Positions 31,372 to 43,280 of a stretch of 64,000 nt of DNA are shown one piece after another. How positions within the stretch are numbered: the first letter of the stretch is position 1; every line of letters starts with the position of its first letter. Origin of the DNA: Felis catus (Eukaryota); assembly GCF_018350175.1 (NCBI RefSeq), contig NC_058372.1, positions 31,992,001-32,056,000 on the forward strand, in the 5' to 3' direction. Below the pieces are notes generated by a model, which was given only the letters and a program-made list of their open reading frames with translations, ran no database searches and was not told the origin of the DNA. The position numbers were made by a program, and so were the translations under genes.

Positions 31372-31856
31372 GGGAGCACCTGGGTGGTTCAAGAGTCAGT
31401 TAAGAATCAGCTCAAGCGGGGCACTTGGGTGGCTCAGTCTGTTGAGCGTCCGACTTTGCTCAGGTCATGATCTCACGGTTCATGAGTTCGAGCCCCACAT
31501 CAGGCTCTGTGCTGACAGAGTCTGGAGCCTGCTTCAGATCTGTGTCCCTCTCTCTCTTTCTCTCTGCTCCTCCCCTGCTCACGTTCTGTCTCTCTCTCTC
31601 TCTCAAAACTAAATAAATGTTTTAAAAAATTTTTTTAAAAAAAGAATCAGCTCAAGAGTCAGTTAAGCATCCAACTCTTGATTTCCACTCAGGTCATGAT
31701 CTCACAGTTTCATGTGTTTGAGCCCTGTGTGGGCTTTGAGCTGAGAGTAAGAAACCTGCCTGCAATTCTCCCTCTGCCCTGCTCCTCCCCAGCTCATACT
31801 CTCTCTGTCTCTCCCAAAATAAATAAATAAACTTTATAATAAATAAATAAATAGGA
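31372..31856 (+). mobile_element. CanSINE nested inside another CanSINE
   Basis: Inner element 31417-31641 flanked by TSD AAGAATCAGCTCAAG (31402-31416 and 31642-31656); the outer element resumes afterwards. Confidence 0.85.
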
Positions 31857-32966
31857 AAAAATGATTGTCCCAGTAGCTTCAGAGAACACACTGGATGAAG
31901 TTTAACACTAATTCATTATTTTTTTTTTTTAAAAAAAATCCAGTTAACTAAGATGAGAAAATAACTTCCAAAGTCAAGACAAGGATAATGCTTTTTACTG
32001 TTTGTATTCAACTTGTTCTAGGGAGTCTGACCTGGCACAATAAGAAAACAAAGAAATAAAGCCATCACTACACATAGATACTTGATTAGTGACAAAGAAA
32101 ATTTATGAAAACCCACAAATAATTAGAACTAATACACCCCTTTCTGGGGACAAGATTAATATGCAAATATCAATATGCCTATATTACAACAACAAATAGA
32201 AGATTTTGTTTTTAAAAATTGCCATTTGGGGACACCTGCTTGGCTCAGCCAGTTAAGCCTCTGGCTCTTGGTTTCAGCTCAGGTTATGATTTCGTGAGTT
32301 CGAGCCATGTGTTGGGCTCCACTCTGGCAGTGGGAGTCTGCCTGGAATTCTCTCTCTCTCCCTCTCTCTCTGCCCCTCCCCCACTCAGCACTCGCAAGTT
32401 CTCTCAAAATAAATCAATTTTTTTAAAAGAGAGAAAAAGTCATTTGTAATAACAATGAAGACTATAGAATACTTAGAAATAAATACAACATGATTTTTAT
32501 GGAGAAAATGATAAAACCTGATTGGAGAACATTTTGAAAAGAAGACAAAAAATGACAGAGAGATATTCCATGCTCAAGAAGAGGCAAATTCGATATAAAG
32601 TTGGCAACTTTTCTCAAATATACAAATTTCAGTATAATTCTAATCAAAACCCCACCAATATATTTTACGGAACTTGACAAACTGTTCTTAACATTTTTAT
32701 AAAGAAGTAAATGGCCAAGAAAAGCCAATACAAGTTTGAAGTGGAAGAATACCAGGGTGCTAGCCTTACCACATATCACAACTTTACTATAAAACCAGAG
32801 TGATTAAAGCAGTGTAGTCCTGGCACATGGGCAAATAACTAGACCACTGTTACAGACTAGAACTTCTTGGAATTAGACCTTTAAAGACATGTGAACTTGG
32901 CATATGACAAAAGTGATGTACAATCGGTGGAAAAGGATGGACTGTCTGTTAAATTGTCTCGGGGCA

Positions 32967-33186
32967 GGGGCGCCTGGGTGGCGCAGTCGGTTAAGCGTCC
33001 AACTTCAGCCAGGTCACGATCTCGCGGTCCGGGAGTTCAAGCCCCGCGTCGGGCTCTGGGCTGATGGCTCAGAGCCTGGAGCCTGTTTCCGATTCTGTGT
33101 CTCCCTCTCTCTCTGGCCCTCCCCCGTTCATGCTCTGTCTCTCTCTGTCCCAAAAATAAATAAAAAAACGTTGAAAAAAAAAAATT
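32967..33186 (+). mobile_element. Young felid-type CanSINE
   Basis: ggggcgcctgggtggcgcagtcggttaagcgtcc...gtcccaaaaataaat with CpGs largely retained. An older copy lies at 32227-32420. Confidence 0.95.
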
Positions 33187-33854
33187 AAAAGTGCCTGCCT
33201 CCTGACATTGCAGAGAATGTTAAGTAAGTTACTGGCAAGTGCTTGGAACATTTCCTAACTTAGACTAAGTACTCTAGAAGTTTGTTCTTGTTGACAACGA
33301 TGATGTTAGAGTTCTTAACTATCACCTCCAGCTGCATATAATTTCTTTTTTAATCTCAAGTTTTAAAATCTCATAAGAACCGCATTTGGCAATGAAAGTG
33401 CCCAGTATCTGAGATGACCCAAACGCTGCCTTCAAGGACCTAAATTAAGGACTGCAAACTCCCATTTCTGTGAAGGCCAGGCAGGTAATGTGCCAAGTGC
33501 CAGGGTAAGGTTATCTGGGGAGGCAGCAGCTCCTGGTCAGGTGCTGCCACGAAGGAATTCGGAGCCAGCATTACCACATTTAAAGCTTTTTTTTTTTTTT
33601 TATGAAAAGCTATAAATCCCAATTTTTCTGTAAAATTTCTCAATTTTTAAGTGTTATAATTTATTCAAAAGAATAATAAAAGCACATTGTGAACCAAATG
33701 AAATACTTGAGTGGGCTGTCAGTTTCTGAGCTGTGAGACGGAGGCTGGCACAGAGACAGATGTATGAGCGGGTCTTAAAACTACAGTGTAATTAGAGCTA
33801 CAATAAAGGTGAGTGACAGAGTGCCATGGGAGTGGGGGGGGAGGGCGGGGTTGA

Positions 33855-34337
33855 AGATGGCAGCAGATTCTTTGTGACTCCTCCCATTAAGATGTATAGT
33901 CTGTCTCCCCTTCCCTTGAATCTGGCTTGGCCTTGTGACCTGTTCTGGCCAACAGAATGTGGCGGAAGTGAATGTGTAACTTCTGAGGTCGGGCCTTATG
34001 AGATCTGCAGCTTCCACTTTTGCCACTTGGAGCATGCCTCCTTGGACCCCAGTCACCATGCTGTGAGGAAGCCCAAGCAGCCCACTGAGAGACCCACAGG
34101 AAGCAGAACCAAGGTCCACAGATGCTGGCAGTGGCTGAGCCCCAGCTGGCAGCCAGTGTCAACTGCTTGCCAAACGATTGAGGCTCTTTTGAAACATCCA
34201 ACCACCCCACCATCCCAGCCGACACTAACTGAAGCAGAACTGCCCAGTCAACCCGCAGAATTGTGAGATGCAATGCATTTCTGCCAACACGCTACATATT
34301 AGGGTGGCTTGTTGAGCAGCAGTAGATAACCCAAACA
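33855..34337 (+). mobile_element. MLT1-type (ERVL-MaLR) solo LTR
   Basis: Contains ccttgaatctggcttggccttgtgacc...ccatgctgtgaggaagcccaagc and ends gcagtagataacccaaaca. Confidence 0.8.
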
Positions 34338-34363
34338 GGCAGCATTAGAAAACAGAGGTCTCA

Positions 34364-34683
34364 GGGCACCTGGGTGGCTCAGTCTGTTGAGCATCTGACT
34401 CTTGGTTTCAACTCAGGTCATGATCTCACAGTTCGTGGGTTCGAGCCGTGCATCGGGCTCTGTGCTGATGGGGCAGAGCCTGCTTGGGAGTCTCTCTCGC
34501 CCTCTTTCTCTTTGCCCCTCCCACACTCTCTCTCTAAAAAATAAATAAACTTTAAAAATAATAAATAAAATAAGAGGAAAGAAAAAAAAAGAAAAAAGAT
34601 GTCTCATTCTACCTAGAAGAATCAAAGATGGCTTCATAGTATTTGAGAGTTGAGCTCATTCTTGAAAAAAGGCATGTGTTGGC

Positions 34684-34717
<34 letters not shown>

Positions 34718-37700
34718 AGGGGGAGTGGACAGTATGTAGTAAACTTTCCAGATAGAGGAAGAAGCACGCACACAGCATGGACAATGAAAAGTAGGACATA
34801 ATTAAGAATCCCTAGTAAGTCAGTGTTGTGATTGAAGCACAAAGTACAAAGATGGGAGGGAAGGGAGACAACAATCTTTAACATTTATTGACCACTTACT
34901 ACGTGCCAGGCACAGTGACAGATGATTCACAAAATCCTATAAATCATGAACCTTTACAACATCCCTGTCTCATTTTGTACAGGAGAAGGTTGCAATCCAG
35001 AGTAACTTGCCAAATATCACAGAGCCAAGAAATGGCAGAGCCGAGGTTTAAAGCCACTCTGTAAAACCTGTGCTCTTTCCACCATATTGTGAGGACATTA
35101 CGGTTTCACAGAGGAAGTCAGATCCTGAAGGGCCTTGCGTGCGAAGTGAACAAGTCGAGTATTTTACCTGAAGGGGAGGGGCAGCCACTAAGGAACTGAG
35201 TAGGAGAGTGAGAGGTTCTGGTCTTCACGTCAGAGGCCGGGAGGAGCTTGGGCCAAAGAGGGACTGGCAAACTAGAAGTCAGAGGACCAGTAAGGAGACA
35301 TCTTCAAAGGCCTGGGGGGGGGGGGGGGCCCTGAGCAGTGCTGCCTTCCCTCCTCGTGGGGACTAGCACAGGCCACCTGCGGCTGGCCAAGTGGCTAAGA
35401 TTGGGAGTCGGGTTCAGGGGCAGAACTAGGATGAAGACTGTCTTTGAAGCACATAGAGCACTAGAGTCACAACCCAGTAGGGGAAACTGAGTCAGACCCT
35501 GGAATCCAAAAGTCCAGAGATGAGATTTAGGTTGGAGCCCTAGGCCCGAGAGTTAGGAGCTGGAAAGAAGCAAGATTAAGGGAGTAAGTCAAGAACGACC
35601 AGGGGAGGTCCTGAGCAGAGACTGCAAAGCCCAGGGAGCGTTTGTGATTCACCCATGAAGACAGTGGACATATGGTGCCCGGAGCTGGAGAAAGGCCAGA
35701 GGTAGGTAGGCAGGGAGTGGCAGCAGGGTTGCTAAAATAATGATATGGTGATGAGCTAGACAGTAAAATTGCTAGGACTTGCTTATTAGAATGGGAGGTG
35801 GGGCGGGGAAGGCAAGAAAGAGTGTGATCTGGGGATCCTTCCAGGTTTCTGGCTTGGGCAACTGTGTGGTTGGTGATTCTGTCTACGAAACCAGGGATAA
35901 TGAAGAAGGAGTGGGTTTGGGAGAAGAGACAAGTTTCAAATTAACGAATATTTGGTGCTTGCTCAATAAGTTTAAATTGAAACATTAATTTTAAGCAACT
36001 GGGACATTCAGTTGGAGAGATTCATGAGACAGATACCGGGGAGTGAAGGTCAAGGGAGCAATCTGGGCTAAAAATACACATTGCAGAGTCACCAGCATAG
36101 CGATGGGTACGAGAGTGACTAAGATAAGTGTACAGATGAGGAGAGAAGGGAGCCTGGACCAAGTCATGGAAAGTAGCCTGAGAAAGACCAGGCAGAGAGG
36201 CAGGAGGCCAGATGAGAGGGAGAGAGAGAAAGAGAGTGGTTTCACAAAAGCCAGCAGAGAAAAGAACTTCAAAGGGCAGTCAGCAAGGTCAAATGCTCCT
36301 GGGAAGAAAAGCAAAGCAAAGATGAAAAATGTCCAGTAGGGGCACCTGGGTGGCTCAGCACCTGACTTTGGCTCAGGTCATGATCTCGAGGTTTGTGAGT
36401 TCGAGCCCCGCATCAGGCTCTGTGCTGACAGCTGGGATTCTGTCTCCCCTCTCTCTGCCCCTCCCTGGTGCGCTCTCTCTCTCTCTCTCAAAAATAAATA
36501 AACATTAAAAAATTTTTTAAAAAGAAAAATTTCCATTGGATGTGGCAAAAAGAAGGTCTAACTGTGTTACCCTAGTGAGAGCAGGTTCAATGGGGGAGGG
36601 AGGGAGGGAGGGAAAGGGAACGACGGTGAATTGAGGAGGTTGCATGACTTATCCATGTTGTTTAACAAAGTACTCAAATCTTAGTGGCTTACAACAGCAA
36701 TAACCATACTTTATCCCATGGATTCTGCAGTTAGGAATGTGGGCAGGGCACAGGTGGGGCCACCTGTCTCTGCCCTACAATGTCTGGGGACTGTGCTAGA
36801 AGTGACTCCATGTCTGGGAGCTGGTACTGGCGGTTGATTGCAACCTTAGACGAAACTGTTGCCTGCAACCAGTGATGCCTGGGTTCCTGGGGAGCAAGCC
36901 TTCTGAGGGAAAGAGAGAGAACCCCAGACATTTGGGGGGCCTGCGTACAGACTACAAATAAGGAATATGAAGTTGCAGGGATTTAATCTCCCCATTCAGC
37001 TTGTGGATTTGATAAAAAATGAGCGAGAAAATGACTTCATGAAATCTACAACTTGAACACATAAAATTCACACAACTTCATATTCTTTGTCGGTTTAGTT
37101 ATGGGTCAAAACAATGAAGATACATGTGGCCTCCATTTGTACGCTTTTCTCAGGTTTCGAAAACTTCAGTAGATTGCTTCCTTGAAGATCCCCATTTTTC
37201 TTTGAGTTCCACATTCATAGTTTCTACTTCTATCATGATTTGAGTGCGTGCTCATTCTCAGTGATTTATAATTAGACAATAAAATAGGGGCATCTGGGTG
37301 GCTCAGTCGGTTAAGCATCTGACTCTTGATTTGGGGTCAGGTCATGATCTCACGATCTGTGAATTCAGGCCCCGCACTGGGCTCCATGCTGATGGGGCAG
37401 AGTCTGCTTGAGATTCTGTCTCCCTCTCTCTCTGCCCCTCCCCTGCTTATTCTCTATCTCTCTCTCTCAAAATAAATGATAAATCAACATTTGAAAAACT
37501 AAAAATTATATAGTATAGTATAGCCAATGTTTAAAAAAATTAAATGTATTTTTACCAAAATATGTAAATGTAAATGTAAAAAAAAACCCTTAAAATTATT
37601 TATTTATTTATTTATTTTGAGAGAAAGAGAATGCAAGCAGGGGAGGGGTAGAGAGAGAGGGGGGAGAGAGAGAATCCCAAGCAAGCGCCACACTGTTAGC

Positions 37701-38566
37701 ACAAGCCATACGTGGGATTCGATCCCAGGAACTGTGAGATCATGAGAGCCGAAATCAAGAGTCAGACGCTTAACAACTGACCTACCCAGGTGGCCCCTAA
37801 AATCATTGTAGTAGATGTCATAAAAGTTATTTTCTTCTAAAATATTCAAAATTATGTATTGAAAAGGGTAACATTAAAATTATAACTCATAAGTATTAAT
37901 ATGCTAAACCAAACTAATTTAAGTAAAGCTTTTTTGCTGACTTTAAAAATCCTTATTACATATTTTTATAGAAATTAAACTATTCATAATCCAGTATTCA
38001 ATGTTCATCCACTTACTAAATAGAAAATCAATATCATACTTCACAAAAGTTATGTCTAGACCTACATGCAGACACATTTAGCAGTAATAATAATTTAAAA
38101 TTGCAAGATATTGGGGCGCCTGGGTGGCGCAGTCGGTTAAGCGTCCGACTTCAGCCAGGTCACGATCTCACGGTCCGTGGGTTCGAGCCCCGCGTCAGGC
38201 TCTGGGCTGATGGCTCAGAGACTGGAGCCTGTTTCCGATTCTGTGTCTCCCTCTCTCTCTGCCCCTCCCCCGTTCATGCTCTGTCTCTCTCTGTCCCAAA
38301 AATAAATAAACGTTGAAAAAAAATTTAAAAAATATAAATAAATAAAATAAAATTGCAAGATATTCCTCAATTGTCATTTGCAACTATTGGGAATGCAGCA
38401 CCGCGTAGATCATACATCAATACCTCCAGAACACAAAGAGAAGCAGGAAAAATGGACATTCAGCACTACTGGGAAATGATACTTTATTATGCTACATGAG
38501 AGGTAATATTTTTTAATGTTATTTATTTTTGAGACAGAGAGTGCGCGCAAAGGAGGGGGAGAGAGT

Positions 38567-38609
<43 letters not shown>

Positions 38610-38730
38610 TCTGAAGCAGGCTCCGAGCCGTCAGCGCAGAGCCCCATGTGGGACTCGAACCCACAAACCATGAGATCGTGACCTGAACCGAACTGGGATA
38701 CTTAACCGACTGAGCCACCAGGTGCCCCGA
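34364..38730. mobile_element. Cluster of CanSINEs on an L2/MLT background
   Basis: SINEs at 34364-34590 (+), 36338-36522 (+), 37285-37500 (+), 37590-37797 (-), 38113-38348 (+; TSD AAAATTGCAAGATATT at 38097-38112 and 38349-38364) and 38505-38730 (-). L2-like purine-rich sequence at about 35000-36340; MLT-like piece at about 36660-36900. Confidence 0.8.
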
Positions 38731-39619
38731 GAGGTACTATTTGACGAATTAATTAAGTTGCATTTGCTCTTGTCTAAGTGCTTCCAACACTTAAATCCTC
38801 CCGACACACCTCCGAATCTGGCAGAGGCACAGCCTAAACTTTCACAGAATTCGTTGTAGTCACCTTTTGTTTCCAGGATACAGGGCAAGAGATTGCAGAA
38901 GCCTCTCCCTGGGGCCCAGACAGTGTTAATTATGAGAGCGCACGTTCAGAGTTGCAGGTTGTGCTGCGCCAGCACTGAAGGCCAGATCCCAAGTGCCTGG
39001 GTGTCATTTAATAAGTGTTGTATGTGGTAAGTGAGTCCCCCTAAAGTACGTGAGCCAGGGCAAGGACCTCGTGGTCCAGATTTAATGGTGATACTGTTGG
39101 TGGGGGGAGACCATGGTTCAGTTTCAAATATGCTAAGTTTGGGGTACCTTTGAGACATCCACGTAGGGATGCCATGTGCGCAGCCAGATACAGAAGTCTG
39201 GGGATCGGAGGAAAGACACAGATTTGAGAGTGATCAGCTGATAGCAACTGAAGCCATGGGTCAGGTGTGATGGGTCCCCTGGAGGGAGAGTGTAGCATGA
39301 GAAGAAGAAGGGTTTGGGACTCACTGTCCTTGACGAACCCCAGCACGGCCAGACAGCACAAGATAAGCCCACAAAGAAGCAAGGAGTAGCCAGAGGGAGA
39401 GGAAGAAGGCCAGAGGAGTGCTCAGTCCTGGAAGCCAAAGCGTTTCAAGAAAGACTTGGTCAACACAGTTGACTACCGGTGGGAGTCCAAGCAGGGAAAA
39501 AACTTAAAAAAATGGATTTAATGACAGAAAGCCAATGGCAAAAGCAGTTGAGCGGCACAGGACAGCTGGATGCCCACCTGAAAGGGCTGAAGAGTGAGTG
39601 GAAGTGAAGGAATAAGGGA

Positions 39620-39970
39620 TTTTCCCCCAACTTTTTATCATGACAAGTTGCAAACATACAGAAAAGTTGAAACTATAGCACAATTATCATTTGTGCATCT
39701 GCCACTTTACTTAGACTTAACAATCACCATTTACACGTACATACAGATATTTACGTATTTATATATATTCTTGAACCAGGTGAAAATCCAGGAAATCACG
39801 ATGTTTCACACTTTACTATAATACTTCAGCATACGGGGACTTTCTCCTACGTAACCACAATGCCATCGTTACAGTAAGAGAATAACCATTGGTCCCTAAT
39901 ACCATCTGATAATGCAAAATATACTCAAATTTCACCCAGGTTTATGTATTTTTCCAAACCAGTATGCAAT
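39620..39970 (-). mobile_element. Old L1 (L1M-type) 3' fragment
   Basis: Contains gcaaacatacagaaaagttgaaa...atacttcagcat...taaccacaatgccatc. Confidence 0.6.
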
Positions 39971-40030
39971 CAAGGCACACACAACGCTGTGTGTGAGAGT
40001 CAGGCAGGAGAAGGAGAGGTGCAGAAAACA

Positions 40031-40180
40031 GGGGTGTCCGGGCGGCTTAGTCGGTTGAACATCCGACTTTGGCTCAGGTCATGATGTCATGGTTCGTGAG
40101 TTCGAGCTCCATATCAGGCTTGTTGCTGTCAGCGCCTAGCCCACTTTGGATCTTCTGTCCCCCTCTCTCTCTGCCCTGCT

Positions 40181-40221
<41 letters not shown>

Positions 40222-40490
40222 TCTCCCTCTCTCTCTCTCAAAAATAAATAAACATTTAAAAATTAAAAAACCAAGTGGGGGGCTCCTGGGTGGCTCAGTC
40301 CGACTTTGGCTCAGGTCATGATCTCGCGGTTTGCGAGTTCGAGCCTGGCGTCGGGCTCTGTGCTGACAGCTCAGAGCCTGGAGCCTGCTTCGGATTCAGG
40401 GTCTCCTCCTCTCTCTGTCCCTCTCATGCTCATGCTCTGTCTCTCAATAATAAGTAAACGTTAAAAAAATTAAAAATTAAAAAAAAAAAG
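40031..40490 (+). mobile_element. Two tandem CanSINEs
   Basis: 40031-40265 (with a (CA)n expansion) and 40277-40490. Confidence 0.9.
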
Positions 40491-40644
40491 AGCTGCAGGG
40501 AACAGTGGGAAGAGGGAAGGTGGAGGAGTGGTTTGGTTTCTTCAAAGTGAGAGGCTGAAGATTTAGGAGGGGAAAGGGGCTGCAGAACACTGTAGAGAGA
40601 CTGGCCTCGGATGGGAGAAAGGCAGCCCCCTCTACTCAAGTGGT

Positions 40645-40805
40645 TCTCAAAGTGAGGGCCCTAGGCCAGCAGCAAGCAACAATCATCATCTGGGAACTAG
40701 TTAGAGATGAAAATTCTAGCCCTCCCACCCAAACTAATGAATCGGAAACACGTAGTTTAACACATGCTCCAGGAACTCCTGGCACACACAAAATTGGAGA
40801 ACTGT
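40645..40805. mobile_element. MER5A-type DNA transposon
   Basis: TIR-like ends agtggttctcaaagtg ... ttggagaactg. Confidence 0.7.
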
Positions 40806-41158
40806 TGCTCTAACGAGAGGAACACGGAGGTGGTGTAAATTTGGTCACCAGGGTTGAGGGAGTTCACCTCTGAAGGCTTCGGTTTCCTCTGTGACATAAG
40901 TGAGATCATCAACTGAGAGTGAGGTGAGACAGAGAGAAGAGCTTCAGAGGTTCCAGGATGAGGGAGCTTAAAGTAACAACTGACCAGCATGATGTGGTTG
41001 GGTCACTAAGGAATTCTGGGGCCTCTTTTAGGGTTGGTGGCCATGAATAAGGAGCGGTAACTATTTCCTGGAGTGGAGACTTCCTCCAACGCTTTTTGGC
41101 TCTCAGAGTCAAATCCTGAAGGAAACAGATCACTGAGCTCATCTAGGGGGAGCACTCG

Positions 41159-41183
41159 GTATATGTGCTGCCGAAGCGAGCAC
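41159..41183 (-). pseudogene. 3'-truncated U6 snRNA retrocopy (U6 nt 1-25) with target-site duplication
   Basis: The reverse complement is GTGCTCGCTTCGGCAGCACATATAC, the exact U6 5' end. It is flanked by direct repeats TAGGGGGAGCACTCG at 41144-41158 and 41184-41198. Confidence 0.93.
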
Positions 41184-42096
41184 TAGGGGGAGCACTCGGC
41201 CAGATAGGGTGAAAGGATGGAGGGGCAAGGAAGTCTGGGACACTGTCAAGGCAGTTGTTGAAATGAACAAGCCACGCGGCTGACACTGGGTAGGAGGGGC
41301 TGATGGGTTGGAAGGAGGGAAATATCACCACCCTCGAGGTACCGGCAGACTGAAAAAGGGTGGTGAGGGGGTCGACAGAGTGATGGGTGGAAGGTTCAGA
41401 GATGGTGCTGAGGCAGGCAGGCTGCTTGAATGAGGGATTCTCAAAGAGGGGGGGCTTCAGAGGACAAAGTCCAGGGGATGGCCAAGCTGGCTGGCTTTTA
41501 GTGCAGAAGGTCCTGGGACGAAGTCACCAAATTGTTGAGAGGCCAGGTGGGGACTGGGCCCTCCGTGTGGACGAGAGGGGAAGACACAGTCCGCCTCTCC
41601 GAGAGAGGCAAGGACTTCTGGCAGGTGGCAGACGGTGGCAAAGAGGAAGGAAGAAGGCAATTTAGCCTAATGGCCAAACAACTCAATACTGGGGACCGGA
41701 GGAGGTGTAGTCTGGAGGCAGCAATCTGGAGCAAGGAAAGCACCCTCCTCTGTAAGAAAACAAACAGCTCTCATTTCAGAGGGCTGCAGAGGAGGTAGTG
41801 CCCCCAGGGGAGAGTTCCATTTCAGTGAAAGCCGGGAAGTGAAGGAGCAGTTAAGGGTGTGAGGAGGTCTGCAGTTTATTCGAGGGCATGAGGGTAGCTT
41901 AGGGAGGGGGCAAGTGGAGGGCCGGTTAAGGACCAGAGTACAGAGGGTCTGGGGACGACAATGCAGTAGAGTCGGTGGGCTAGGGCATTTACATTTCCAC
42001 TAGCAAAGGATCAAAACAGGGATAGGAGGGGAGGCAGGCTGGATTTCATTTAGTCTCTTGGAAGCTATAAAAAAGTGATTAAGGATGTGGCCTCTA

Positions 42097-42217
42097 AGGG
42101 CGCCTGGCTGCTTTAGTGTGAAGAGCGTGCGACTCTTGATCTCGGGGTCGTGAGTTCGAGCCCCACGTTGGGTGTAGAGGGGACTCAAAATTAAATAAAC
42201 AGACTTAAAAAAAATAA
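42097..42217 (+). mobile_element. Short tRNA-like CanSINE inserted in a MIR
   Basis: 17-bp TSD TAAGGATGTGGCCTCTA at 42080-42096 and 42218-42234; B-box gagttcgagcc; A-rich tail. Confidence 0.9.
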
Positions 42218-42512
42218 TAAGGATGTGGCCTCTAGAGCAGAGCCGCCCGCATTCAAATCCCAGCCTTGTCATGTTCCAGCTAACCCTAACCCTTGGACAA
42301 GGTCTCTGGGCCTCCATTTCCTCTTCCATAAAATGGAGGTGACAACAGTACCTGCCTCACAGTGCCTGCCGTGATCGTTAAATGACTTCGTGTGTTAAAC
42401 GTTTGGGACAGAATCTGGGTAGCTGCCCCACATACACTTGGCGGTGGCTCCCAGACCTGGCAGAACAGCCTCTTTGCTCACTTGGACCCTGCCCCTGCAC
42501 CAGGTGGAAAAC

Positions 42513-43280
42513 ATGAGTGGCAACCACGTGGATGGGAAGGGGGAGTTTCACGAGCAGTTGTGAATGCAAGAATTATACGGAGACGCCAAGATCCCGGTGG
42601 AAAAATGGAAGCTTTCAGGTTGCAAGCCAGCTGACACCGCCTATCACTGGGATCTGGATAAGGAGCCTTCACTCCCTAAGGTCACGGGAGGTTAGATTGC
42701 TACACATCAGGCCACTTATGGCTTCTCTAATGATGACACATCTAGCTCTCCTGCAAGTGTCCAAGGTATCGATGCTAAGGATGCGGAGGAACTCCTGCAA
42801 AGAAAAACCCCAAACCCACAGATCCCCAAAGAAGGGAGCTAAGAGAAAGGAAGAATCAAGATAGTTTCAGGTTGAGGAAGATAGGAATACAAATGTATTT
42901 TATCTTACAGTGGATGGGCTTATACAGCTTTTCCAAATCCTGCATTATTATGAGAGATCCTCAGAAGGATTCAAGGTCAAGCTTTACAAAGATAACCAAA
43001 AAAGTCTTACAGGAGATGGGCTTTGCTGTTACTTCAAGATCCTTACTTGGAGAGGGATCTGCAAACCTCGCATTAAATAAAGATGAGATTAGAGACTACA
43101 AAGTTCATGTCAGGGTTGCAAAGTTTCAAGCTGAAGGAAGAATATGATGTCTCAAAAAAGTGCAGAGGCTACAAGAAGACATCCTTACGCACCACGATTA
43201 GAGCAGCTCAGACGAGGTGTCTGCTCTTTGTAGGTCCTGGGTGAGGCCCTGTGGCTACAGGTCCAAGAATGAGAGAAAAC
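42513..43280 (+). pseudogene. Processed pseudogene of HTATSF1 (Tat-SF1), N-terminal/RRM1 portion
   Basis: MSGNHVDGKGEFHEQL*MQELYGDAK from 42513 (TGA at 42561) resembles recalled HTATSF1 MSGTNLDGNDEFDEQLRMQELYGDGK. Further blocks YHWDLDK, IATHQATYGFSND, KRKEESR*FQVEEDRNTNV, CIIMRDPQ, FKVKLYKDNQ..GDGLCCY and DEIRDYKVHV.VAKFQ are colinear and intron-free, with stops and frameshifts. Confidence 0.9.

Larger units (their letters stand above)
30300..32960 (+). mobile_element. Old L1 fragments interrupted by SINEs and microsatellites
   Basis: A-rich degenerate L1 ORF2-like blocks, e.g. aatcctgaataaaatattagcaaactgaatc and ttgacaaactgttctaacattttata. Contains (CA)n at 30667-30696, (GT)n at 31170-31206 and (GAAA)n at 31270-31335. 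Confidence 0.6.

Noticed and set aside
36930-38920. Possible hAT-Tip100-type transposon split by SINEs
   Set aside because: Only vague terminal resemblance; I cannot name or bound it without a Dfam search.
41143-41199. Repeat-spacer-repeat unit resembling a mini CRISPR array
   Set aside because: Mammalian DNA, only two repeats, and the spacer is the U6 5' end, so this is a target-site duplication.
42097-42180. tRNA gene
   Set aside because: It is a tRNA-derived SINE head with an A tail and a 17-bp TSD, and has no intact cloverleaf.
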